From Thecamonas trahens ATCC 50062 (Eukaryota > Protista > Apusomonadida): 64,000 nucleotides of DNA. Below the pieces are notes generated by a model that was not told the DNA's origin, ran no database searches, and saw only the letters and a list, made by a program, of their open reading frames with translations. The stretch is taken from assembly GCF_000142905.1 (NCBI RefSeq), contig NW_013657638.1, positions 151,103 to 215,102 of the forward strand. Direction: 5' to 3'. A program made the position numbers and the translations under genes. This document shows positions 21,630 through 33,307 of this stretch, one piece after another (within the stretch, counting starts at the first letter, position 1; each line of letters begins with the position of its first letter).

Positions 21630-24600
21630 ATGCCCACCTCGGACAGGGCGGGACAACCGCCTCGTTCACCAACCTCCTCCCGCCCGCCGCACTCGCCTAC
21701 AGCTGCCCGTCCGCCGCGTCCTGCCCGCTCGCCTGAGGCTACTCCACGGGCAGGATCGGGATCATGCGAGTTGTCAGTCGTCTTGCCCTCGGTCTCCTCG
21801 GTCGCTCCGGATGATTCGCCGTCGGCCATGTCGTTCATCCCGTCGAGTCCCGCTCGCGCCTCGCCTGCACCCATGCCCCGATCCAAGCTCCGCCTCTCCT
21901 ACACCCGTGACTCGGCGCCATCATCGTCCTCATCGTCCTCGTCCTCGCCAGCATCATCCTCCTCGTCGTCGGCACTGTCGTCGTCGCCGAACGCTAATGC
22001 TGCTGGCGCATCTGCTGCCGGTGAGGGCGGCACAGCCATGGACTTCCTGCAGACAGAGTATCCCAGCTCCGATTCGTCGCCACCCGACTCACCAACCACG
22101 CCGCATTCGGCCCGGGTCAGCACGGCGATGGCGCTGGAAGCAGTCGCTGCTGCTTCGGCCTCGCCATCCAAGAGTCCCAAGCCGCACCACCTTCAGCTTC
22201 CCGGGAGCATCGCAACTGATTCTGCGGGCTCCCAGGAGAGGGACCGCCAGTCGGCGGCTGTTGCTGCCAAGCCGCGGCGGTCAGCGACGAGCCTCAGTCC
22301 ACGCGCGCACCACGGTGCATCCGGCAGCAGCAGCAGCAGTCGTGAGCCGCAACCGCGAGCTGTGCCCGATCCGGACCAGGCGCCGCTGAAAGACCGACCC
22401 GAGGCGGTTTCGACGTTGTCGACAGGCCGGTCGTCGTCGTCGTCGATGGTGTTTATGAAGGACTTGCCAGGCGTCGAAGGCTGGGACGACGAAGAGTACG
22501 GCTCGATGTTCCGAGTCCCCCACAAATGGGTCATCCATCCCAACCACCCGTGGCGGCAGGCGTTTGACGCAGTTATGGCGGTTGTCCTCGTATACATGGT
22601 CCTCATCATTCCGTTCCGCGTCTGCTTCTCGGTCGAGGCCACGGGCTTCTTCTTTATCATGGAGACCACCATGGACTTTTTCTTCATTGTCGACATTGTC
22701 TTCAACTTTCGCACCGCCTACTTTTCCTCGCGCAACGTGCTCATCTACGAGCCGCGAGCCATTGCGCAGCACTACCTCAAGACCTGGTTTGTCGTCGACT
22801 TTATTTCGGCCTTTCCCATCGATCTCTTTGCGCTGCTCTTCCTCGGCGGCTCGGGTACCTCGCAGCGAAACTTGCTGCGGGTGCCCAAGATTGTGCGCAT
22901 GATCCGACTCGCCCGTCTTGTCCGACTCTTGCGTATTTTCCGGCTCTCGCGGCTGTACCGCAAGTTCCAGTCGCACGTTGACGTCAACTCGGCCGTCTTT
23001 CGGCTCATCAAGCTGTTTGTCATGATTGTTGTGCTTGCTCACTTTCTCGCCTGCTTCTTCTTCCTCACTGCTGTCCTCGAACCGGCGTCCGCCCAGACCT
23101 GGGTCCGCATCTACGGCATCGAAGACTCTTACGTCTTTAACCAGTACGTCACCTCGTACTACTGGGCTATCCAGACTGTGGCCTCACTCGGTCTCGGCGA
23201 CATTGTGCCGGGAACCACCGTCGAGCAAGTCTTTGTCATCTTCTCCATCACCCTCGGCGTCGGCGCCTACTCGTACGCCGTCGGTTCGACCTCGTTCCTC
23301 GTCCAGCACATGGCCCACAACCCGGTCCAGGAAAAAATCGACGCTGTCAACAACTACATGCGCTACCGGCAGCTGCCGAACGTCATGCAGGTTGCCATCC
23401 GCGAGCACTACCTCTTTGCATGGCAGCGCCACCACGCCGTCCGCAACGAAGACCGCATCCTCTCGGAGCTCTCGGGCTCGCTCCGGACACAGGTCGCCCT
23501 CTTCCTCCATCGCGAGATCCTGGCCTCGGTCAACCTCTTTGACGGCTGCTCGGCCTCGTTCATCACCGAGCTCATTGCTCGGCTGCGCCCACAGGCCGCT
23601 GCGCCTGGCGAGGTCATTGTCCGCCAGGGCGAGCTCGGTGACCGCATGTTTGTCATCATCGCCGGAAAGGTCGAGGTCGTCACCGCAGACGGCTCGGTCG
23701 TGCTCGCCACTCTCGGCCAGGGCGCGTACTTTGGCGAAGCCGCGCTTGTCGATGACACCACTGTCCGCTCCGCCACCATCCGTGCCCTCACCTACTGCGA
23801 CCTCGACATGCTCACCCGGACCGACTTTGTCCAAATCCTTGTCCAGCACCCGGACGAGATCGAGTCACTCTCCATTGTCCGACAGGCCAACGTGCGCAAG
23901 CAGATGCAGCGGACACTGGAGATCGCCCGTGCCTCGCCGGCCGGCGCGCAGCTGAGGACCACTGCGAGCCTCAACATGCACGCCTCGCTCAGCACCGCCG
24001 CCCGCCACTCGGGCTCGTCGGTGTCGATGTACAACACCGGCGATCACGGCTCACCGATGGGCCTCACCACCTCGTTCCGTACCCCGCCACGCTCGCCCGC
24101 CCAGCACGGCCTCGCAAGTGGCAAGAGTCCGTCGGGCGCCAACCTCGCCACCCTCCACCTCGACCTCTCCAACATGCGACGCGACTCGCTCTCCACCTTT
24201 GTCGACAAGAACGCCCATCGCATGCCCGGCTTTGTCGTCTCTGTTCTGGAAAACGAAGGCGACGCCGGTCACGAGACGGCCACTGGCACGCCGCGCGCTG
24301 GTTCATCGCGCCGCGGCTCCGTCTCTACCTCGCGGAGGCTCTCTGTCGATGCTGCGCGCCGCTCATCGCTCTCCATCATGGCCTCACGCGCGCGCTCGTC
24401 CAAGGGCAACGTGGCCGATTACGCTGTCAACGGCCAAACCCTCCGCCTCGCCGTCTCGATGGAGCCCGAGTCGCCAGGTGCTGCCCCACCTATGCCGCGC
24501 CTGGTGGCCGTCGCCATGTCCGTCGGTCAATCGCCGACCATGGGCGCCTTCCGCGCTCTTATTGCCCGCCGCCTCGAAGTCCCACTGCACGCCCTCGGTG

Positions 24601-24875
24601 CCCTCTACGTCGAGTCACGCTCCGTCGGCGGCAGTGTACAGGAGCAGCCCATCGAGACCATGGTCGACATCCTCGGCCTTGCCGAGCTCACCCGCCTCTT
24701 TGTCCGCCGCAGGCTCCACGCCCGCCACGTCACCGGCGGCTCGTCGCAAACCGGCACACCACGCGGCACCCCGCCGACGCACTCGTCCTACCGCACCCGT
24801 CGGGGCTCCAATCCCAGCGTTCCCTCTTCCAGTGCCATCTCGCGCACTCCTCCAGGATCCCTTCCTCGGCGATGA
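21630..24875 (+). CDS. cyclic-nucleotide-binding-domain (KCNH/HCN/CNG-superfamily) 6-TM cation channel
   Basis: WVIHP..WRQAFD; IAQHYLKTWFVVDFISAFPID; S4 RMIRLARLVRLLRIFRLSRL; pore YWAIQTVASLGLGDIVP; C-linker; CNBD FGEAAL..RSATIRA. The start lies right after a gap and is uncertain. Confidence 0.9.
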   Translation: MPTSDRAGQPPRSPTSSRPPHSPTAARPPRPARSPEATPRAGSGSCELSVVLPSVSSVAPDDSPSAMSFIPSSPARASPAPMPRSKLRLSYTRDSAPSSSSSSSSSPASSSSSSALSSSPNANAAGASAAGEGGTAMDFLQTEYPSSDSSPPDSPTTPHSARVSTAMALEAVAAASASPSKSPKPHHLQLPGSIATDSAGSQERDRQSAAVAAKPRRSATSLSPRAHHGASGSSSSSREPQPRAVPDPDQAPLKDRPEAVSTLSTGRSSSSSMVFMKDLPGVEGWDDEEYGSMFRVPHKWVIHPNHPWRQAFDAVMAVVLVYMVLIIPFRVCFSVEATGFFFIMETTMDFFFIVDIVFNFRTAYFSSRNVLIYEPRAIAQHYLKTWFVVDFISAFPIDLFALLFLGGSGTSQRNLLRVPKIVRMIRLARLVRLLRIFRLSRLYRKFQSHVDVNSAVFRLIKLFVMIVVLAHFLACFFFLTAVLEPASAQTWVRIYGIEDSYVFNQYVTSYYWAIQTVASLGLGDIVPGTTVEQVFVIFSITLGVGAYSYAVGSTSFLVQHMAHNPVQEKIDAVNNYMRYRQLPNVMQVAIREHYLFAWQRHHAVRNEDRILSELSGSLRTQVALFLHREILASVNLFDGCSASFITELIARLRPQAAAPGEVIVRQGELGDRMFVIIAGKVEVVTADGSVVLATLGQGAYFGEAALVDDTTVRSATIRALTYCDLDMLTRTDFVQILVQHPDEIESLSIVRQANVRKQMQRTLEIARASPAGAQLRTTASLNMHASLSTAARHSGSSVSMYNTGDHGSPMGLTTSFRTPPRSPAQHGLASGKSPSGANLATLHLDLSNMRRDSLSTFVDKNAHRMPGFVVSVLENEGDAGHETATGTPRAGSSRRGSVSTSRRLSVDAARRSSLSIMASRARSSKGNVADYAVNGQTLRLAVSMEPESPGAAPPMPRLVAVAMSVGQSPTMGAFRALIARRLEVPLHALGALYVESRSVGGSVQEQPIETMVDILGLAELTRLFVRRRLHARHVTGGSSQTGTPRGTPPTHSSYRTRRGSNPSVPSSSAISRTPPGSLPRR

Positions 24876-25092
24876 CCCCGCCCCGCGCCCATCCCGCCCC
24901 GCGCCCCATCCCGCGTCGGCCCAAAGAAATGACACAAGAGCCATCCATCCAGCAGCGGCTTCCCCCCGCTCAGCCACCGTTCCGTCACGGCGACACAGCC
25001 TTCATTCGACTACCTCCGCCAGAGTCAGCACCCGCCAGCCGGCACAGCCACAGCCACAGCCACAGCCACAGCCACCACACACCCCTCCCGCC

Positions 25093-26001
25093 ATGACCCA
25101 AGAGGCACTCTCGTCATGGCCGTCGGGCGACGGGACAACAGCCGGGTGTGGACACGCCATCCATGCACAAGTCTACGACGCCTGGCCATGGACACGGGTC
25201 CTGTACACAAAGTGGGAGCTGGAGTTTGATGGCATTGCTGCCTCGGCGGCTGCGGGCGAGCACTACCTCTGGTTGATGGCTGTATTCATTCCTGGTTATC
25301 TGCTGGCCATCGTCATCGGTAAGGCCATCATGGCTAACCGCTCACCCTTTAGCCTCAAGACCGCTCTCATTGCTTGGAACGCAGGCCTGGCTCTGTTCTC
25401 GGCCATCGGGGCTGCCAGACTGCTGCCACACTTGGCCATGATGATCTCGCATCGTGGGCTCTACTTTGCTGTCTGTGCAGAGCCGAAGAACTCGTATGGG
25501 CTCGGCGCATCGGGACTGTGGACCTTCTTCTTCATCTACTCGAAGATCCCTGAGCTGGTGGACACGGCCTTTATCATCCTCCGCAAGAAGAAGCTCCTCT
25601 TCCTGCACTACTACCACCACTGCACCGTCCTTGCCTACTGCCTCCACTCGTACGCCACAACTGCAGCCCCAGGCCTCTGGTTTGCCTCGCTCAATCTCTT
25701 TGTACATGCTATCATGTACTCGTATTATGCTCTCGCCGCCGCGGGCCATCGCCCCTCGTGGGCCATCGCCGTCACCATTCTGCAGATTGTCCAGATGGTG
25801 GTGGGCATGTCGCTCGCCGCTGCTGTCGCCTACTTCTGGTCACTCAACAAGCCCTGTCACCAGGCCCCGTCCAACATGATCGCCGGCCTCGCCATGTATG
25901 CCTCTTACTTTGTCCTCTTCTTTATCTTCTTCCTTCACCGCTACGTCACCGGCGGCAGCAGCTCCAAGGAAAAGCCTTCGGCAAAGCCCAAGGCTGAGTA
26001 A
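25093..26001 (+). CDS. GNS1/SUR4 (ELO) fatty acid elongase, ELOVL6-like
   Basis: Motifs SKIPELVDT, LLFLHYYHH, NLFVHAIMYSYY and TILQIVQM; C-terminal KPKAE dilysine-type ER signal. Confidence 0.93.
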   Translation: MTQEALSSWPSGDGTTAGCGHAIHAQVYDAWPWTRVLYTKWELEFDGIAASAAAGEHYLWLMAVFIPGYLLAIVIGKAIMANRSPFSLKTALIAWNAGLALFSAIGAARLLPHLAMMISHRGLYFAVCAEPKNSYGLGASGLWTFFFIYSKIPELVDTAFIILRKKKLLFLHYYHHCTVLAYCLHSYATTAAPGLWFASLNLFVHAIMYSYYALAAAGHRPSWAIAVTILQIVQMVVGMSLAAAVAYFWSLNKPCHQAPSNMIAGLAMYASYFVLFFIFFLHRYVTGGSSSKEKPSAKPKAE

Positions 26002-26024
26002 AGCTATCCAGCGGCTCGGCAAGA

Positions 26025-29000
26025 CTACACCGACGACGACGGCTCGTTGGTAAAGAGGCCGACAATGACCTCGACAATGGGCGCCCGGTCAATCGGCACG
26101 TGCGGCTCGGCAATCTTGAGGTCGAGCAGCCGGTTGAGCTCAGCCCGGAGCGAGCGGAAGAGAATCGAGACCTTGGCCGGAGCCTTGAGACGGAGCCACG
26201 AGTCGACCGTGAGGTGCGACTTTTCGTGGTGGACTTCGATCTTGCCGCCAAACAGGAGTAGCGCGTACGGCGAGACCATCATGGCGTCGCGGAGGAAGAT
26301 CCGCGAGGTCTTGACCTTGTTAAAGTACGCCACAAACGGGTGCTCCCACCGGTCGTTGGAGAAGAGGAGCGACGACGGGTGGAGGAAGACCCGGCCCTCT
26401 GCCTTGGAGAAGAGCCGAATGGCCTTGGCATCGTACTTTTCCTTGACAATCACGCCCGACGTCGTCTCGGTGTACTCCTTGTCCGGATGCTTGACCTTGA
26501 CAATCCGCGGGTAGAGCCCGCCAGCAAGCACCGCCGCAACCATGCGGTCGTTGCCCGCGTACCGGTTGAGGTCGGCTCCCGACTCGCCAAAGCCCATGTC
26601 ACGGAGTACCCGCGCGAGCTTGTGCTTCATCGCCCGTACCGACCGCATGCCGTTGGCCGAGAGATAGTTCTCGCCGCAGAACCGCTTCGCCGCTGCCGAG
26701 CCCGACCCGTTCTGGATCCGCTCCCACTCCGAGTACGCGTTGGCGACCGAGAGCAGGTCCGACTTGCCGCGCAGGAACTTGGCGTGGGCCGCCGACGCCG
26801 CCTCGCGCTCCTCAAACGGCGAGAAGAAGAGCGACCGCTCCCCGAGCGTCGCTGCCACCGTGAGAATCGGGTCGAGGCACGAGAAGAGCGCGCCGTAGAG
26901 AAGAACCTTGCCCACCACCACGTCCAGTGGCAGCATCGCTAGCAGCCGGCCAAGCGCCGTGATGCGGTCTTCGTCCTCCTGCTCCAGCGCAGAAATGTCC
27001 TGCAGGAACTTGATGGCGTGGTTGACTGCGTCAGCCTCGGGCGGCTCGATGGCGTCGGCGAGCACGCCGCGGATCGAGCCCATAAACTCGAGCGACTTGA
27101 TCTGGAGGCAAAGGTTCTCCAGTGGCGTCCGCTGGATCTCGGGTACCTGCTGTGGGAGCATCTTGCCGAACCGCCCCTTGGAGTAGACGCGGAAGCACAT
27201 GCCCGGCTGGACACGCCCGGCACGCCCGGCACGCTGGTTGGCGCCGGCTTGTGAGACCCAGGTCGTGACAAGCTCCTGCATCATGGCCGACGCATCGTAC
27301 TGCGTCTCTTTGACCTTGCCGGTGTCGATAACGTAGACTACGTCGTCGATGGTCAGCGAGGTCTCGGCAATGTTGGTCGAGACTACAATCTTGCGCACGC
27401 CCGACGGCGGCCGGTCAAAGATGGCCGACTGCGCTGCCGACGGGAGCGAGGAGTGGAGCGCGTGGATGCTGTGCCGCCGCGAGCCGCTCGCCCGCCGCAA
27501 TCGTTCGGTGATGCCACGCACAAGCTTGGAAATCTCCGCCATACCCGGCATGAAAATGAGGATTGCGCCCTCGCCGTACGACTCGTCGATGTGGACCACC
27601 AGCCGCTCGAGGAGCTCGTAGTTGATCTCGTCGTCGTTGTAGTTGGCGATCTTGGCCGCCGTCGACGACCCGTTGCGTGCGCTCGCCGACGCCGAGTCTG
27701 ACGCAGCAGCCGCGTCGGCAGCCTCGGCCGCCGACGTGCCCTTGAGCGCCGGACGCGCCTTGGACGAGCCCTTGCGTCGGTCCTTCTTCTTGATCACGTA
27801 CCCGGTGGCGTCGACCACGGTGTCGAGATACACAATATCGACCGGGAACGTCCGCCCCGGAATAGACAGTACAGGCACTCCGCCAAAGTAGTCCGAGAAC
27901 AGCTCGGCGTTGAGCGTGGCGGACATGAGCACAATCTTGAGGTCCGGACGCGCCACAAGCAGCTTGCGCAGGATAATGAGCAGAAAGTCGGACTGAACCG
28001 ACCGCTCGTGGACCTCATCGACCATGATGTGCGAGACCGAGTCGAGCCGCGGATCGCCCTGCAAGTACCGCAGCAGAATGCCGGTGGTGCAGAACAGAAG
28101 CCGAGTCTCCTTGGAGAACTTGGTCTCCAGCCGGATGTGGTAACCGACTTCGGTCCCGAGCTTCGAGTCACGCTCCTTGGCGACACGGTCGGCGACGCCA
28201 ATGGCCGCCAGCCGCCGTGGCTGCGTGCAGATGATACGGGTCGCCGCCCCGCGACCCGACTGGATGGCGTCGTCGAGGACAAGCTGGGGGATCTGGGTCG
28301 TTTTGCCGCAACCCGTTGCACCGGAAATGACCACGACGGACGACGAGTTAATGGCCGAGACCACCTCGTCTTTGGCCTTGTAAGCCGGCAGCTGCTTGCG
28401 GAACTTGACCATGGTCTTGTACTTGGAGCTCGACTTGGCCTTGGCATCCATCGCCGCCTTGATCTTGCGCGACTCGGCAGCCACCGCCTTGCTGCGTCCC
28501 CTCGCCAGCGACGGCCACATCGACGTTGTCCCGCGCCCGCTCCGCCCGCTCCGCTTGCTCTTCCGCCGAGACCGGTGCATGACAGCCTCGTCGTCGGGTT
28601 CGCCGTCCTCGGGCCGGGCAAAGCCGAGGTCGGCAAAGTCGAGCGGAGTGCTGGCACCCGGCCCGTCGCCCCCTCCGCCGCTCGCTGCAGCTGCAGCCGC
28701 AATAGCCGATGCCCCGGCAGACACCTCGTCGTCGCCGTCATCAAAGCCGAGCTCGGCATTGAGCGACGAGACAGACGCCGCCGCCAGCAGGTTGTCCCAC
28801 TCGTCCTCGATCCAGCCAACAAGGTCGTAGATCAGCGGGCCACCGAGGAGCTCGGCAGCATGGGCTGCTACCTTGCGCACGACGTGGGTCGAGACTTCCG
28901 GTTTGAGATCGGAGTTGAGGACAAGGAGCGATGGCAGGTCGTGCGGGTAGTTGAGGCCGGGGTGGAACCAGACAAGGAGCCGGGTACCCGAGTCAAGGTC

Positions 29001-30730
29001 GAGCTCCCATCGGTCGTGGGCAAGCGCGCGGAACCGTGTGTCGTAGATCGACTCGAGAACGGTGGCCTCGTCGGCAATCGGATCGGTGTCGTCGTCGCTA
29101 CTGTCCGATACCGCCGCCGCCACCGCAGCGGCGGTGGCAATGGCCTGGTGGGTCGCAGTGGACCACACGTGGTTCCGCATGTACGCTTGGACGGTGGCGT
29201 CAATGAGTCGCGGCAGAGCGTCTTCGGCCTCGGCGCCAGCTGCCGACATTGCAGCTTCGGCGGAAGCAAGCGCAGTCGCGAGTGGCTCGCGCTCAAAGAA
29301 CGAGTCCATCCCGCCCATCAGGTACTGCTGGGCAGCCGAGAGCATGTCCGTGTCGGGCGCGGGAGTGGCGGTCCGCGACGACGAGGTCGACGAGGCCGCG
29401 CCTGAGCTTCGGCCTGCGCGAGTCGTCCCATCCTTGGCCAGCTTGACCTTGTCAGCCGCAGTGATGACTTTGATACCGCGCTTGGGCGCGTACTGCTCGG
29501 GCAGCAGGTCGTCGGCGACGTTCATGATGAGCCAGTCGCGGAGGACGTCAAAGTCGTTGGAGCAGGCAGCAGCGCGAGCCGAGGTGACGAGCTCGATGCC
29601 AAAGCCGAGCTTGGCCAGCTTGCGCTCGACAGCTTGCGGAAGCTCTGGTAGCTCGGCCAAGCTCTGCGACGAGGCTGCCGAAGCGTCGGCGTCCCACCAC
29701 GCATTGGAAGCGCTCGAAGAGAGAGTGGACTCGATAGAAGCTTGGGCCTCGGCCGAGAGCAGGACTCGCGGGAGCGCGTCCTCGAGCTTGCGAGCGCGGA
29801 TCTCGGCCTCGCGGCGGCGCTCAAGGCTCTGCTCCTTGCGCTGCTGATGGATCTCGTTGCGCGCCTCCTCGTCCTTGAGCGAGGACCAGAACTTCTGGAA
29901 CTTGGGCTCGAGCGACCGCTGGACATTGGTCTGCCCTAGTAGAGCGTGGAGGCCCATGACCGCCGTGTAGTGTTTGGCCTCGGCGAACGACGGGTACGAC
30001 TCGGGCGTGCAGAAAGTCCGCGACTTGCCGCCCGAGTCTTTGAGGATGAGCCTGCAGCGATGCCAGCCACCCGAGCCCTCACCTTCATCGCGATCGCCGC
30101 CCTTTCTGCTGCCCTTGCCCTTACCCTTACCGCTGCCATTGCCATTGCCACTGCCTTTGCTGCTGCCGGTGCTCCTCGTGGCCGATGCTGGGGCCGAGCT
30201 TGCCTGCTGGGCGTTCTTGGGCGGCCGAGCGCGGGCGCGCTTAAAGTACGGCTTGTCGAGCTTCTTCTTCTGACAGTACTCGTTAAGGAGCGAGACAGGC
30301 GATGGGCCCATGAACTTGGGCTTCTTCTTCTCTGCCGCCGAGCCAGCACGGCCGCCTTTGGCCGACGCAGCCTTGCCCTTGCCCGAGCTGGCTTTGCTCC
30401 CCTTCTTGCCCTTGCCCGCGCCGGCAGCTTCCTGGTCAGCCTCCCACTGCGCACGTGCTGCCTTTTCCTTCTGCTCCCGCTTGTACCGCGCGAGTTCCTT
30501 CTTGGACATGTTGGCCACCCGTTCCTGGTCGACGTGAAGGGGGGCTACGGTGAGTTCCGCGGTGGGATGCGAGGCGGGCGGGGAGAGGAGGGGGGGGGGG
30601 GGGGATGAAGAAGGTCGCAGATAGGAGAACGTACCTTTTCCTTGCGGGCAGCTTCTTCTTCGCGGTGCTTGTCGCGGGCGTTTGATCTTTGTGCCGCCCG
30701 TACCCGCCGGGCCCGTTTTCCACCTGGCAT
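26025..30730 (-). CDS. DEAH/RHA RNA helicase, DHX57/DHX29-like (dsRBD, UBA, RWD, helicase core, HA2, OB); exons 30730-30635 and 30524-26025
   Basis: GATGCGKTTQ, TQPRRLAA, DEVHER, MSAT, STNIAETSLTI and QRAGRAGR. RWD motifs DEATVLESIY and YPHDLP. The GTACGT..CAG intron 30634-30525 keeps the frame. Confidence 0.92.
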
Positions 30731-30808
30731 GTGTGCGTGGGTGTGACGACGAGTGGTGGTTGCCGGCAAAGACCTTTGGGCTAGGTGTGGGTGTGGGGAC
30801 GGCCGGAG

Positions 30809-32646
30809 CTAGGCCGAGAGCAACGGACGAGTCTCGGATTCTGCTTGTGTGTCGTCATCGCCGGGCCCGCGGCAGCGCTGGACTGCCTTGGTGATGGCCG
30901 GGATGCCCTTGACGAGAAAGACGATAACGCCGATGTTGACGGCTATGGTGATGGTGCGGGCGGTGGAAGGCGAGACCTTACAGACGATGGCGAGGTTGAG
31001 GAAGAAGGGGATGGCAAAGAAGGCAGCTTGCCAGCCGATGAGGCCAAAGATCATGGCGGTGAAGGAGCGGAGATAGACGCGCGCAACGTGGCCAAAAGTA
31101 TGCCGTGGAGCTTCATCCGCGAGTACATGTCCAGCAGGTGGATGTACTCGAATAGCGGGACCGAGGCGCAAAAGCCGACAATCATGCTCGAGTATTGCAC
31201 GTCGTAAGGAAGGCGGCGCGGATGGTGGAGCTCGTGAAAGTATGCGCCGGTGACGACGATGCAAAGAGCAAAGAAGCCCATGTCAAAGACGAACGCGCCG
31301 AGAAAGGCCAGTCGAGAGGCGAGCGGAATGTGGAAGAACGAGGCGACCGCCATGTCGAGAGCGGCCGACGACGGAAAGAGCTCCCATCCGTCGTCGTCGG
31401 CCGTCGGGAGCGAGTTGGTCGACAGGTTGGCCGACGCGGGCTCGTTGAGCGAGCCAAACGGCGATGCCGGTGAGAGCCGCGACCGCGAGCCCGGAGTGTA
31501 CAACTGCGATCGCGGGCGTGAGCGCAAGATCGCTGACGACGTGTCGTCTAGCGATTTGGTGCACACAATGTACTTGGCCGACTTGTACGAGAACCGAAAC
31601 GTGTCATCCGAGACAATGACCGAGCCGTAGCCGACAGTGTTGGCAAGATGGAGCGCGACCTGGACAGCCCGTGACGTAAAGTCGATGAGGATCCAGCGAC
31701 CACCAGGGCGGAGGACCCGCTTGATCTCCTGAAAGATGGTGGCGCCGGCGGCGAGGCGCTTGGCGTCCTTGTCGAATGCAGTGCCGAGCTTGAGAAGGAG
31801 GAACGGCGTAAAGACAAGGTCCATCGAGCCTGAATCGTACGGAAGTGCATCCCGGTACGAGAGTGGGACGTCAGTGACCTTGAGGGTGGCGTCGAGACCC
31901 TCGCGGCGGACGTTTTCTTTGGCCCAGGCGTGAGTCGTGGCTGACGCCCACGCGTCGGCGGCGATGATCTTGAGCCGCCGCGGGCGCGAGGGCAGCGAAT
32001 TGTCGCTCTGCAGCAGCCGGCGCGCCGACCAGTTCGAGAGGCCCGCGGCGACGTCCGAGACAGAGTCACTCTCCGACTCGTCGGCCAGCGGAGCCGGATC
32101 GTCGGGCGATCGCGGGATGGCGCCGAGCGTCTTGGCGACGCGGACAGCAAAGCCGGCGCGGCCAGTGGGAAAGACAAGAGCGCGGGTAAGCGGCTTGACC
32201 TCTGCAAATGGTGCCGAAGCCATAAACTTGTCGATGGCAGCGGCGCGGACGGTGAAAAAGGTGATGACGATGGCCAGAATGATGGTGTCGACCACAAGCT
32301 GGAGGAACGGGATCTGCGGCGCAAAGGTGCAGGCCAGCTCGACATCGTAGTCGTGATAAAAGTAGAAGAGCGCCACAGGCGGGAGCGAGATGATGAACGA
32401 GAGCGCCGAGAGGGTGCGAACAATGGGAGCGACTGAGATGCCGTACTTTGGTGGGAGGCGATGCGAGCCGGGAGCGTGTGATGGCCCACGCATGTCAGCT
32501 ACGGTCATAGCCACAAAGAGGACGACCATGAGCGACATGGAGGCGAGATGAACCACCACAGGCACAGGGAACCACGAGAGGTTCTTGCCATACCCTGCCA
32601 CACTCTCCACACATGTCCGTCCCACCGTCGGGCACTCGGAGCTCAT
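30809..32646 (-). CDS. multi-pass membrane protein with an internal class I SAM methyltransferase-like domain; -1 frame break near 31095
   Basis: About 3 N-terminal TM helices, then VSDVAAG, IIAADAW, LPYDSGSMDLVF and EIKRVLRPGGRWILID. The C-terminal TMs continue in the second frame and end in ETRPLL. Confidence 0.7.
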
Positions 32647-32903
32647 GAAGCTTGGTAGGTAGAGATGCAGGTGCGTGTGACGATAGCAAGGGAGTGTGTG
32701 ACTGGCGTGCGCGAGTCGCCAGTCGCGTGCCTGACTCGCCCCCCCCCTCCCCCCCCCCCCTCCCCCGCACAAACCACCCGCACAGCCACTCACCACCCCA
32801 CAGACCACCATCATTCACCATCACCAAGGTTTGAAGAACGTGCCACCTACCAACAATTATTTCTGCATTCATTAATCATTGAGTCGCCCCCCCCCCCGGC
32901 GTA

Positions 32904-33174
32904 NNNNNNNNNNNNNNNNNNNNNNNNNNNNNNNNNNNNNNNNNNNNNNNNNNNNNNNNNNNNNNNNNNNNNNNNNNNNNNNNNNNNNNNNNNNNNNNNN
33001 NNNNNNNNNNNNNNNNNNNNNNNNNNNNNNNNNNNNNNNNNNNNNNNNNNNNNNNNNNNNNNNNNNNNNNNNNNNNNNNNNNNNNNNNNNNNNNNNNNNN
33101 NNNNNNNNNNNNNNNNNNNNNNNNNNNNNNNNNNNNNNNNNNNNNNNNNNNNNNNNNNNNNNNNNNNNNNNNNN
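32904..33174. other. assembly gap (N-run)
   Basis: N characters. Confidence 0.99.
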
Positions 33175-33307
33175 TTCGCAGTCGTCGCCCCCCCCCCCTC
33201 CCCCGTCCACCTCCTCCCCCCCCCCCACCCTGCACAGCCTTCACCCTTCCACAGCTCTCTCCCACACTTACTCTCTCGCTCTTCAACACTAGCTCGAGAG
33301 ACCAGAC

